DNA from: a virus
Taxonomy: Duplodnaviria > Caudoviricetes
Length of the DNA stretch: 30,933 nt
Direction: 5' to 3' (one strand)
Virus record (IMG/VR): IMGVR_UViG_3300037631_000967
Span: 1 to 30,933 of that record
Part shown: positions 18,294-26,325 of the stretch, piece by piece
Numbering within the stretch: position 1 is the stretch's first letter
Layout: every line of letters begins with the position of its first letter
Notes under the pieces: model-generated
Told to the model about the DNA's origin: nothing
Database searches by the model: none
What the model saw: the letters and a program-made list of their open reading frames with translations, nothing else
Position numbers and translations under genes: made by a program

Positions 18294-18373
18294 TATTTGC
18301 GTAAGCGTTCTAGTGTTTCAGCTATAACGTAGGCCAATACCAGAAATGCTGCTAGTGATAGTATTACTGTCAT
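18293..18373 (-). CDS. 26 aa single-pass membrane peptide not in the ORF track
   Basis: Manual translation: MTVILSLAAFLVLAYVIAETLERLRK*. TAATG overlaps at both ends. Confidence 0.65.
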   Translation of the reverse strand: MTVILSLAAFLVLAYVIAETLERLRK

Positions 18374-20022
18374 TATGATAAAAGAGCCAATGATGAAAAT
18401 GAAGATCTTAAAATATATAAATCTCTTGTTACTTCAGATGAGTAAACGTCATCGGCATAAGCGTTGTAAAAGTCACTAGATGCCGTATATGTTGATCCAG
18501 CAATAGTTTCCCAAGATTGTACAATAGATGGAAAGTCGTTTGCAGCAGATGGTATATTTGTTTTCTCTGCTCTATAAGTATATCCAAGCACTGGAAAAAT
18601 AGAAGAGTCCCTTATTCCAATGGCGTACAACGCAAATATAGCTCCTGCCCATGTTTGAAGTCCCCTGTACGGATTTTGAGCGCTAGGAGAATACTTCCAA
18701 GGTTCACCAACCAAATTAGCAAAACCACCCCTTAAGCCCCAGTCAAAATCACCAACATTCATCCATCCACTTGGAGCATCGAAATAAATAACATCGCCTT
18801 CCACAAAAGAACTAGTATCGTTTAAAACAACATCTAAAGTGGTTAAGGTTTGACCCGCATCGTTTAGTGCGTACGTAGTTGAAACAACTCCAGTTTCACC
18901 ATCGCTAACTCTAGTAGCAATAGCTCCCTCTGGGATATTTGTTTGATAGTAGTCTCCACTTGAAGAAGTACCAGCTATTGGAATCCTTAAAGTTGAACCT
19001 CCTGGTTGGGCAGGCAAAGTTCTTTCTCTCCACATAGATGGCTTTATAGTTGACGAATGTGGTGAAAAATCGCTGTCTATAAGTGCTTGTGTAATCTGAA
19101 ACGCCTGATCCCAATTTCCTGGAGAAAGCGACATAAAATCTGAATGTTCAGAACTTCGACCAGTTAAATAAAGAGCAAACAGTACAGCAGGCTGATGCCA
19201 TTGATAATGCCCTCCGTCTGGGCCAACTCCAATGCCAGATAGTATTAAAGGATCTGCCCATTGCAAACCATGACCTATCATCGTTTTTGCAATTTGCTTA
19301 GTTTGTGCCTCTGTGTAATAATTAGTTGCTAAGGCAACCATTACCAAAGACATCATTTGTCCTATATACCTACCATAATTTGGATGGGTAGCATTTCCTC
19401 CACCAAATCTATAAGGAGAAAAAGACTGATACCCATAATCACCAGCTCCCCAAGCAAATCCAAATAACGGATAGTGCAATCCAAGAGATTCCATTAAATC
19501 TGCGTATGGCGGAAGTGAAAATCCAGTAGAATCGTAAACAGGTCTACTTGAATACCAAGAGTCTACATCTGCGGCATAGGATACAGGAGTAGATTTGCCA
19601 GACCATCCAATGCTTGACCCTAGATATTCTCCAGAAGAAAGAGCAGAAGATAAAACATGCAACGATGCAATTTCTGTAAACCCACCAGCTCTACTAACAT
19701 ACGGATCTTTTGCAACGGTTTTGATTACAATGTCGCCAGCTTGAATTGTTATTGGCAATGTGGCTACACTTGCTGCATCGTAATTTGCTTGCCTTTCATC
19801 AAAGCCTTGGTTTGGTCCTGAGGTTGATGTTCTTACGGGATTTAACATTGCCCCGTTTATCAAGTCACCGCTAGAGTCGGTAGTTTGTGACGGAGTTATT
19901 GATGTTATAGTGTCAGTTCCAGTGGGTATGGCAACCCATGCTACACCTGCTTCATCTAATCCCCAAGAGTAAGTTCCAGATATGGTGAAGGAAACTCCAC
20001 CCATTGTCACTACAGTTGCCAT
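18373..20022 (-). CDS. putative receptor-binding / polysaccharide-degrading virion protein
   Basis: 549 aa from the ATG at 20022 (MATVV). Beta-rich N-terminus, then an aromatic-rich helical region (PNYGRY, GGHYQWH). Adjacent to the beta-helix gene. Function is inferred. Confidence 0.45.
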   Translation of the reverse strand: MATVVTMGGVSFTISGTYSWGLDEAGVAWVAIPTGTDTITSITPSQTTDSSGDLINGAMLNPVRTSTSGPNQGFDERQANYDAASVATLPITIQAGDIVIKTVAKDPYVSRAGGFTEIASLHVLSSALSSGEYLGSSIGWSGKSTPVSYAADVDSWYSSRPVYDSTGFSLPPYADLMESLGLHYPLFGFAWGAGDYGYQSFSPYRFGGGNATHPNYGRYIGQMMSLVMVALATNYYTEAQTKQIAKTMIGHGLQWADPLILSGIGVGPDGGHYQWHQPAVLFALYLTGRSSEHSDFMSLSPGNWDQAFQITQALIDSDFSPHSSTIKPSMWRERTLPAQPGGSTLRIPIAGTSSSGDYYQTNIPEGAIATRVSDGETGVVSTTYALNDAGQTLTTLDVVLNDTSSFVEGDVIYFDAPSGWMNVGDFDWGLRGGFANLVGEPWKYSPSAQNPYRGLQTWAGAIFALYAIGIRDSSIFPVLGYTYRAEKTNIPSAANDFPSIVQSWETIAGSTYTASSDFYNAYADDVYSSEVTRDLYILRSSFSSLALLS

Positions 20023-20024
20023 AT

Positions 20025-21125
20025 TTAACAAGCAAAAGTATGAGCAGTTCCACTACCAGCAGAGGTATTAGCAACAGCACCTATATTTCCTTCATTTACA
20101 TAAGTACGAATAAGTGGCGATCCAGAAGTTGGAGTAAAGTCCTCGCTTCCACTGGTTGTAGAAGTAAATAAAGGATCACCAGATTGATTTTTATCTCCAG
20201 GAGTTCCTCCTGAAAAGTCAGTCTCCCCACTTGTATTATTGTGATAGTGGTTGTAATCAATGTAAGCTGTAACATTGCCACCACGGTTATCTTCCAAGCC
20301 ATAAAGACCATTTGAAACAAAAGAATTTCCCGTTATGATTCCGTCTAAAGTTCCTGTAAGCGCACTTCCAGCATCTCCAATGCCACTACCCGTGTTTCCG
20401 TAAAATGTATTATTGGAAATTATAGATTGGTCAAACTCCCTTCCTAATTTAATTCCAGAAGATCCATTACTGTAAATTAAACAATTATTTATATAATTGC
20501 CTCGGTAAACAATATCAACGCCAGTGTCTCCGTTGTTATGAACTGATACTCCTACAAGCCTTAAATACCCAGATTTGGTTACTAAATAATCGGCAGGTAT
20601 TCCAAACCCAGATCCTCCATTGCCATCTATTTCGCAATTTAAAAAATAATTAAATTGCGAGTACCCTTGTTGAACGCCATCATTAGTTGCTGAATCAATT
20701 CGGCACGTGTCAAAGATCAAGAATGTTGAAAAATTTGATGCAGATGAGTTAAATTTTACATTGTGATCAGTTGCTCCAGTTAGTCTAATACGTTTAAACC
20801 GAACATATTGAGAAGCAGAAGTTGCCCAATAAAACAAACTAGTAGTAGATGGAAGTGAGGAGCCAGATATAGTATAATAACCAGTTGTTAAGGGCGTTCC
20901 AGTTGCATCCGCTCCAACAAAGTTAATAAGAGACGTTTTGGTTCCAGCATTGGTGTCCCAATCTATTTGAGCAGCAGGAGTTTCGGTGGCGGTTGCGCAA
21001 AGCCGAACCTCGTCGCCAGCTACAGCAGTATCGGCTGCTTTTTGAGTTGTTGCCCAAGCGGTACCAAATGAAGTTCCTGCTGCTGCATCGCTTCCGCTAA
21101 GTGGATCTACGTAGTAAGTTGCCAT
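20025..21125 (-). CDS. right-handed beta-helix (pectin lyase-like) spike / depolymerase
   Basis: N-terminal YYVDPLSGSD..GTS..AWATTQKA cap motif, followed by Asn-ladder repeats (NCEIDGNGGSG, NCLIYSNGSSG, NNTFYGNTGSG, NSFVSNGLYG). Confidence 0.8.
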   Translation of the reverse strand: MATYYVDPLSGSDAAAGTSFGTAWATTQKAADTAVAGDEVRLCATATETPAAQIDWDTNAGTKTSLINFVGADATGTPLTTGYYTISGSSLPSTTSLFYWATSASQYVRFKRIRLTGATDHNVKFNSSASNFSTFLIFDTCRIDSATNDGVQQGYSQFNYFLNCEIDGNGGSGFGIPADYLVTKSGYLRLVGVSVHNNGDTGVDIVYRGNYINNCLIYSNGSSGIKLGREFDQSIISNNTFYGNTGSGIGDAGSALTGTLDGIITGNSFVSNGLYGLEDNRGGNVTAYIDYNHYHNNTSGETDFSGGTPGDKNQSGDPLFTSTTSGSEDFTPTSGSPLIRTYVNEGNIGAVANTSAGSGTAHTFAC

Positions 21126-21126
21126 G

Positions 21127-21843
21127 TTAATTCTTGGTTACTGCGATAGAAATTGTAGCTCTAGTTGCTGTAGTGATTGAGTCTACGTTAAATCGTAGAT
21201 AGTCGCCCTTTGTAAGCGAAGCTGTCCAGCCAGTTAATGTCGTGTCTTGGCTTTTTTCAGCTGAAGATACAGTAGGAGGCGCACTAGCAGTAATTGAATC
21301 TGCATCGGTAGGAGGGTAATTAGCGTATGTATCTTTCCAAATATCTACTACTATGCTGCCAGACTGATCTAAAACAGTTTCAACTGAACTGATTGTGCAA
21401 TCGTACGGAACACGCAAGTCTCCCTTAATCCCAGTAGTGATAGCAGACCCCGCTCCATCAATCACTATTCCTAGTTGTCCATGAGCAGGTATGTTGATAA
21501 CCGAGATCCAGTTGGTTGCGTCCTTAGCCGTGAACACCCCAAACTCGCCTGGATCAATGGTTGTGCTTGCATCAACGCCGTTCCCGAGGTTGTCCGATGT
21601 GTTTGGGAAAACCTGAAGCACGTTTGCTCCATTGTTGTAAATCTTTACTACATCGTTTACTGCTGCCGTAGGCAATGTAACTGCATCATTAGGGTTAGCC
21701 ACTGTAGTAATGTCGTTAGTAACATTAGTTAGGGCCAATCCTCCAGCTTGGGTTTGCGTTGCACTAGCCGTCAAGCCTGTAGCAAACTGCGATGTTTCGG
21801 TTAGAAAGTTGTCAATTTTTGTACTAAGAGTTACGTCTGCCAT
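21127..21843 (-). CDS. short fibre / adaptor structural protein
   Basis: 238 aa, Thr/Ala-rich. C-terminal IDGAGSAITTGIKGD...DQSGSIVVDIWK...GDYLRFNVDS beta-sandwich domain, recalled from phage fibre proteins. Confidence 0.6.
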   Translation of the reverse strand: MADVTLSTKIDNFLTETSQFATGLTASATQTQAGGLALTNVTNDITTVANPNDAVTLPTAAVNDVVKIYNNGANVLQVFPNTSDNLGNGVDASTTIDPGEFGVFTAKDATNWISVINIPAHGQLGIVIDGAGSAITTGIKGDLRVPYDCTISSVETVLDQSGSIVVDIWKDTYANYPPTDADSITASAPPTVSSAEKSQDTTLTGWTASLTKGDYLRFNVDSITTATRATISIAVTKN

Positions 21844-21855
21844 TTGATTTAATTA

Positions 21856-22023
21856 TTAAGGTCTTAAGTAAAGGTCTGTTCCACCAGGGCGTTTATATTG
21901 ATCCACTCCACCAGGTCTAAAATAAACGTCTCCCAATGAGTCAATAGCCCCCAATAAAATACGATAACCAGCACGAGTAAGCATCAGCCCCTCGTTAATC
22001 ATCTGAAAGCCAAGTGTTCTCAT
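21856..22023 (-). CDS. 55 aa protein with YxRPGGxD repeats, not in the ORF track
   Basis: Manual translation: MRTLGFQMINEGLMLTRAGYRILLGAIDSLGDVYFRPGGVDQYKRPGGTDLYLRP*. TAATG overlap with the upstream gene; fills the gap before the fibre gene. Confidence 0.75.
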   Translation of the reverse strand: MRTLGFQMINEGLMLTRAGYRILLGAIDSLGDVYFRPGGVDQYKRPGGTDLYLRP

Positions 22024-22337
22024 TAGTCCACAAATTCAGTGCTTTGTATTACTGCTGCTGAACCTATTGCCAAAAACTTAGCTGCTTTAGCAGCGTTCTT
22101 GCTTATTACAATGAGGCCTTGTTCTTTTACGAGAAGATGACCATTAGATGCAGTGGGAGCAGTTCCATCAAACGTAACGTATACGTTATTATCCTGAATA
22201 TCAATCAGGACATAATCGGTGTCTGCATGGAAGGCAGCAAATGCCGCTCCAGAGCCAGTGGTGGCTACAGATAGATTTTCTGGAGTGCCGTTCGGGTTTA
22301 CGTTCCCGATGTATAGATTGGAGGTTCTTGAGTTCAT
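22023..22337 (-). CDS. small beta-rich virion structural protein (putative)
   Basis: 104 aa with a VYVTFDGTAPTASNGHLL segment; coupled to the adaptor gene. Confidence 0.6.
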   Translation of the reverse strand: MNSRTSNLYIGNVNPNGTPENLSVATTGSGAAFAAFHADTDYVLIDIQDNNVYVTFDGTAPTASNGHLLVKEQGLIVISKNAAKAAKFLAIGSAAVIQSTEFVD

Positions 22338-22966
22338 TATCTAGATTGGTTGGAGACGTATGTATTAAATCGTTTTTTGACCGTGTTGTTGTTCATTACT
22401 TGGTCAGTCTTTTCTAGCTCATTAGCTAGGTACTTGTTAGCTACTTGCTCTTCTGCCAATGCCTTATCGTGCTGACCATCCATTCTGAGGAAGTCAGCGT
22501 AAACACTGTGAGCAACGTAGTAAAAAAATTCTAAAGGAATCTCCTGTGTGCTTTTATCACCATCAAGATCCCAGGTGCTAGGAATGTCAGTTAGCTCTTT
22601 CTTGTACGTAACAAACGCAGAATCAGCATCTGAGGTTGTTAGGTTAAGAATGTGAGCACCGTCTGACTGTACAAAAAATTCAAACTCTAATGCAGAGTTT
22701 CTGACAAACGGTTGAGTTCTATGTATACGTATAAACTCAGCAATATCGTTCTTATCAGTTTGCGTAAATGCAACCACAGAACTAGCTACTGCTCTATCCT
22801 CACCAACAACTAAGTATCTAGGCCACATTGGTGTAGCCTGATAAGCTTCGTACATTCTGCGTTTAGCAAAATTAAGAAGCTGAGTCTTTTCATTAGTAGT
22901 GAACGAGGTTACACCAGCTAATGCTGTTATCAGATCGTATAAGTCTCTGTTGTACTTAACTTGCAT
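22337..22966 (-). CDS. head-tail adaptor (P22 gp4 or T7 gp11-like)
   Basis: 209 aa, two genes downstream of the capsid gene. Helical N-terminus, WPRY, beta middle, then IPLEFFYYVAHSVYAD helices. Confidence 0.65.
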   Translation of the reverse strand: MQVKYNRDLYDLITALAGVTSFTTNEKTQLLNFAKRRMYEAYQATPMWPRYLVVGEDRAVASSVVAFTQTDKNDIAEFIRIHRTQPFVRNSALEFEFFVQSDGAHILNLTTSDADSAFVTYKKELTDIPSTWDLDGDKSTQEIPLEFFYYVAHSVYADFLRMDGQHDKALAEEQVANKYLANELEKTDQVMNNNTVKKRFNTYVSNQSR

Positions 22967-23271
22967 TACGCTTTATTAGGACTCAACTCAGGGAACTTTT
23001 TGTTAAAATATCGTAAGAACTCTCTACTGTTTACAGTATCGTGTCCGTACTTGTTTACTAATCTAAAATAATCACGAGCTGGCATATTAGCTACGCACTT
23101 ACCTAGAATAGGATGGGTCTTACCGACATTAGTCTTTGCTTCTTTAGCAGCTTGATTAATCCGATCTTGCTCCTTTGCTTTCTCCATCTTGAATCCAGTT
23201 TGGATTTCTTTCAAGAATGCAGCGTTCACTTCCCCATCCGAATATCTTGGTAACTTAGTAATTATTTCCAT
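22966..23271 (-). CDS. hypothetical protein
   Basis: 101 aa ORF between the capsid terminator and the adaptor; TAATG coupling. Confidence 0.75.
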   Translation of the reverse strand: MEIITKLPRYSDGEVNAAFLKEIQTGFKMEKAKEQDRINQAAKEAKTNVGKTHPILGKCVANMPARDYFRLVNKYGHDTVNSREFLRYFNKKFPELSPNKA

Positions 23272-23279
23272 ATTTTATT

Positions 23280-23317
23280 AAAAAAAAAGGGGAGGCCAGA
23301 TTTGGCCCAACCTCCCC
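23280..23317 (-). terminator. intrinsic terminator downstream of the major capsid gene
   Basis: Minus strand reads GGGGAGG-N15-CCTCCCC followed by T9. Confidence 0.85.
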
Positions 23318-23340
23318 ACACATTATCAATGAAACAAAGT

Positions 23341-24339
23341 TTACGCAACTTCTTCGATCTTACCGTGAGCCTGTGGGTGATAAACACCGAGGGTCAAGGA
23401 GCAATCAACGTAACCACGCTCACCACCACCCTGATTCGGGAGGCGAGTCGATCCCATTGGAATCAGCTCATGGATGCCGTAGTACTCAGGATTAACCAAG
23501 TAAGCAACGTCCTTATTAGTCGTATCGGGCATACAATCAGGATTGCCATTAACAATCGAAATCATGCCGTGATCGGACTGATAGAACTCAACACTAAGTT
23601 TGATCTGAGCTGAGTCACCGTTGTAATTAACGGTACGAACGCTGTCTGCATCGGTTCCGCTTACGCCAGCAGTGCGAGCGAAGTCAGAGATAATGCGACG
23701 AACAGCCGTGTCAGCAACCATCGTTAGGTTGTTGCTTGTTCCAGTTTCGCGGAAGATTGAGGTAATCAAGTTGTTCAGAACTGTTTCCGTGAAAGCACCT
23801 TCATCAGCAGCATGAATGCTGGAAGCAGGAGTACGGAATGCAGCAGGAACATCAGAAGGACCAGCGGAGTCGATCCAGTCACCAAGACCACGCAAAGCGT
23901 AAGCTGTGTCAGATCCGTTTTCAGCAGCGCGATCTTGCGTACCACAGAGGGTAGCTTCGATGTCACGCTTTAGTTCACGAATTGCTTTTGCTTCAGCTTG
24001 AGCAATCTTAGCAGGTCCAACGCTTTCAACAGCTTCCTGAAGATCAGAAACCTGAAAGTCGCGACGGAACTTTTGGATGTAGTTACCAAGACGAGCACGT
24101 CCACTGAACTGGTCAGTGAAAGTTCCAACATCAGCACCTTCACGGATGCCAGTAGTTGAAGGAGCAGACAATGCGTCTACAGTCCACTCAACGAACGTTG
24201 CGGATGCTTTCTGCTTAGAAGCAGAGGAAAGGACTGGAGTTTCTTCAGGAGCGAGAATAGTCAAGACGTCAGTCAAGTCTTCGCGATTGGAAACACCAGA
24301 ACCAGGATTACTTGTATCGTATGTGTTTGAGAATGCCAT
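23341..24339 (-). CDS. major capsid protein (DUF5309 / SU10-type HK97 fold)
   Basis: NREDLTDVL..APEETP, EWTVDAL, EGAD, NYIQKFR, ELKRDIE and LRGL pattern. 332 aa, follows the scaffold and precedes a terminator. Confidence 0.9.
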   Translation of the reverse strand: MAFSNTYDTSNPGSGVSNREDLTDVLTILAPEETPVLSSASKQKASATFVEWTVDALSAPSTTGIREGADVGTFTDQFSGRARLGNYIQKFRRDFQVSDLQEAVESVGPAKIAQAEAKAIRELKRDIEATLCGTQDRAAENGSDTAYALRGLGDWIDSAGPSDVPAAFRTPASSIHAADEGAFTETVLNNLITSIFRETGTSNNLTMVADTAVRRIISDFARTAGVSGTDADSVRTVNYNGDSAQIKLSVEFYQSDHGMISIVNGNPDCMPDTTNKDVAYLVNPEYYGIHELIPMGSTRLPNQGGGERGYVDCSLTLGVYHPQAHGKIEEVA

Positions 24340-24340
24340 T

Positions 24341-25411
24341 TTATTTTTTAGCTAATTGTTTGGTTCGTAATGAAATGAAGTCATCTTTATTGCCACTTTC
24401 TTTAAAGCGTGAAGATAAGTCCTGTAGTACTTTAGACGACTTTCGTTGACCCTGTTCTGGCATAGCAGAGGAGGGAACGGAGCTTTTCGGAGGATTAATC
24501 TTGGGCTTACCTACTTTCTTAGCAGGAGTACTGGGTACAGTCTTACGAGCGTACATACTATCTACTGCATGAGCAAGCATATATGGAAGTTCTGCTCCTA
24601 GCACTGGGTATTGTTTGTATACCTTCTGCAAGTCTTTGTTTGCAGCAATGCCAAGGAATGCCTTCCTGGTTTCATTATCCTCTTCCTTCAACCATTCGAA
24701 TTCTTTGAGGGCTTTAGTACCAAGCTCTTTTTTAAGAGACTCAGCAGTTTCGTTCCTCTGAACTTTCTTTAGTTGATCGGGAAGATAAAGATCCCTAGAT
24801 TTACGAGCGTTCTTCAAAGCAGATCTTACCTCTGCTTTAGTCATCTTCTTACCATCTAGCTCAGTAACATCGTCATGAGCGGAGTAATCGTCTGATTCAA
24901 ATAAAACATCTTCAGCCCATTCGATAATATCACTTATCTCCTTAGCCTTTTCTTGTAATGACTTAATATCCTTAACGTCATCAAACGGATTGTCTTGGAC
25001 TTCTTCCGCTTCGCGTTTTAAAGGATCTTGTTGTAGTGATTGTTTTACTTTCTCAAGCTCTTCCTCTGCTGCTTTGCGTTTAGCCGTAAGTTCGCCAAAG
25101 CGAGCTACAGCTCTACTACCAAGCTTTTCAGCAAGATCTTTAAGCTCATCCTCAGATAAATCATCTAAGTTGTACTGTGAAAGAACATCTTCAGTCTCTT
25201 CTTCAGAAGGTTCGTTTTCAGTTTCCTGAATAACTTCTTCTTCGGATTCAACCGCTTCTTCTAGGACTTCTTCCTCTTGAACTTCCTGAGTATCCTCAGC
25301 AGGTTCTCCCTGAGTCTGTCCTAAGCGTTGGATGGCAAAATCCTCCGCTGTTATATTTCCGACTGAATTTTGTTCGGTTTCAGCGTCAACCGTGATAACT
25401 TCGTTAGACAT
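24341..25411 (-). CDS. capsid scaffolding protein
   Basis: Very acidic N-terminus, RFGELTAKRKAAEE coiled coil, basic Pro-rich C-terminus; directly upstream of the capsid gene. ATG at 25411 with AAGGAG at 25428-25423 is preferred to GTG 25423, which overlaps the SD. Confidence 0.85.
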   Translation of the reverse strand: MSNEVITVDAETEQNSVGNITAEDFAIQRLGQTQGEPAEDTQEVQEEEVLEEAVESEEEVIQETENEPSEEETEDVLSQYNLDDLSEDELKDLAEKLGSRAVARFGELTAKRKAAEEELEKVKQSLQQDPLKREAEEVQDNPFDDVKDIKSLQEKAKEISDIIEWAEDVLFESDDYSAHDDVTELDGKKMTKAEVRSALKNARKSRDLYLPDQLKKVQRNETAESLKKELGTKALKEFEWLKEEDNETRKAFLGIAANKDLQKVYKQYPVLGAELPYMLAHAVDSMYARKTVPSTPAKKVGKPKINPPKSSVPSSAMPEQGQRKSSKVLQDLSSRFKESGNKDDFISLRTKQLAKK

Positions 25412-25419
25412 GATTGTTT

Positions 25420-25445
25420 CCACTCCTTAACGCCGAGCGATGGCG
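25420..25445 (-). promoter_or_regulatory. candidate H-type pseudoknot covering the scaffold SD
   Basis: Minus strand CGCC-A-TCGCTC-GGCG-TTAAG-GAGTGG: stem 1 is CGCC/GGCG, stem 2 is TCGCTC/GAGTGG. Confidence 0.5.
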
Positions 25446-25452
25446 AAGCCTG

Positions 25453-25477
25453 ATTATAGCACATCTTTTTTGTGCTA
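25453..25477 (-). promoter_or_regulatory. extended -10 promoter for scaffold-capsid, with overlapping inverted repeat
   Basis: TGCTATAAT (TGn-TATAAT consensus) at 25461-25453, overlapped by TAGCACA-N7-TGTGCTA (25457-25477). Confidence 0.7.
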
Positions 25478-25693
25478 CAGGACAGATGAAAATTTCTTTT
25501 GTAGACCCTGCCAGTCAGTCATTTGCAGAATCTGATCGTAAGTAATTATCCGTCCCGAAAGTTGTTGAAGCTTGTCTATGTCAGCTTCGTGCATATCAGC
25601 TATGCACTCTTCTCGAAGAGCGTTAATAAGCTGAATGAATCTTGCAAAATGTTCGTGGTGGGATAGGGTCTTTAGGTCTTCTTCTATGTTCAT
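25475..25693 (-). CDS. small helical protein between lysozyme and scaffold
   Basis: 72 aa, ATGA overlap with the lysozyme. Size and position match small portal-adjacent podovirus proteins. Confidence 0.7.
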   Translation of the reverse strand: MNIEEDLKTLSHHEHFARFIQLINALREECIADMHEADIDKLQQLSGRIITYDQILQMTDWQGLQKKFSSVL

Positions 25694-26325
25694 CGTGCTG
25701 CGGATCGCATCATTTCTACTAGTCTTTTAGATCTATTCCCCACCTGATTGTACCAATTGCTGTCTATCATTTCGTCAGCAGCTTTATTGTAATCACCCTC
25801 TAAAAGTGCTGCTCGCATATTTTCAAATTTATTAAGCTTAGTCCTGCCAAGATTAAACGCCATGTCTATTAAAACTTTTTGAACAACTGCTGGCTGTCTT
25901 CCAGCTTGAGGCAAGAAAGCATTAGCGTCATCAGCAGCTTGCTTAATGGACTCATTGTACAGCAATTTTATTTCTTTATCAGAAAGAGTTTTCTTCCCAG
26001 AAAGCATATCCTGTACGTTAAGTCCCAATGATTCTGCTTTCTTTCGGTTAGAGGGTTCGTCTAAATTAAACCCTATGCCTATAGTACGCTTGCCCTTAGT
26101 GTCTGTGTACACGCTAGGCTCTACTCCTTCATGCAAAGAAAGTTGTTCGTATATTTCTTGATTATGTTTGTCCCTTGCTCTCTTACGAGCAAAAGCATAA
26201 CTATCTTGATTGGCTGGAGGGTTCTCCCTTGGGCGAAGAGAGTTGTACTTCTCTCGCATTAACTGGTTAATCCTGTTGTCGGGCATATTAATAAACAGTA
26301 TAGAAATAAATATCAGAGCTATCAC
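25690..26325 (-). CDS. GH24 (T4-type) lysozyme
   Basis: HEGVEPSVYTDTKGKRTIGIG contains the E-x8-D-x5-T catalytic triad; also MAFNLG and SNWYNQVGNR. Start is ambiguous (GTG 26325 with a hydrophobic leader, or the internal MPDN). Confidence 0.92.
   Translation of the reverse strand: MIALIFISILFINMPDNRINQLMREKYNSLRPRENPPANQDSYAFARKRARDKHNQEIYEQLSLHEGVEPSVYTDTKGKRTIGIGFNLDEPSNRKKAESLGLNVQDMLSGKKTLSDKEIKLLYNESIKQAADDANAFLPQAGRQPAVVQKVLIDMAFNLGRTKLNKFENMRAALLEGDYNKAADEMIDSNWYNQVGNRSKRLVEMMRSAAR

Noticed and set aside
12741-21843. Diversity-generating retroelement targeting the fibre genes
   Set aside because: No reverse transcriptase, and no ~100 bp template/variable repeat pair differing at adenines was seen.
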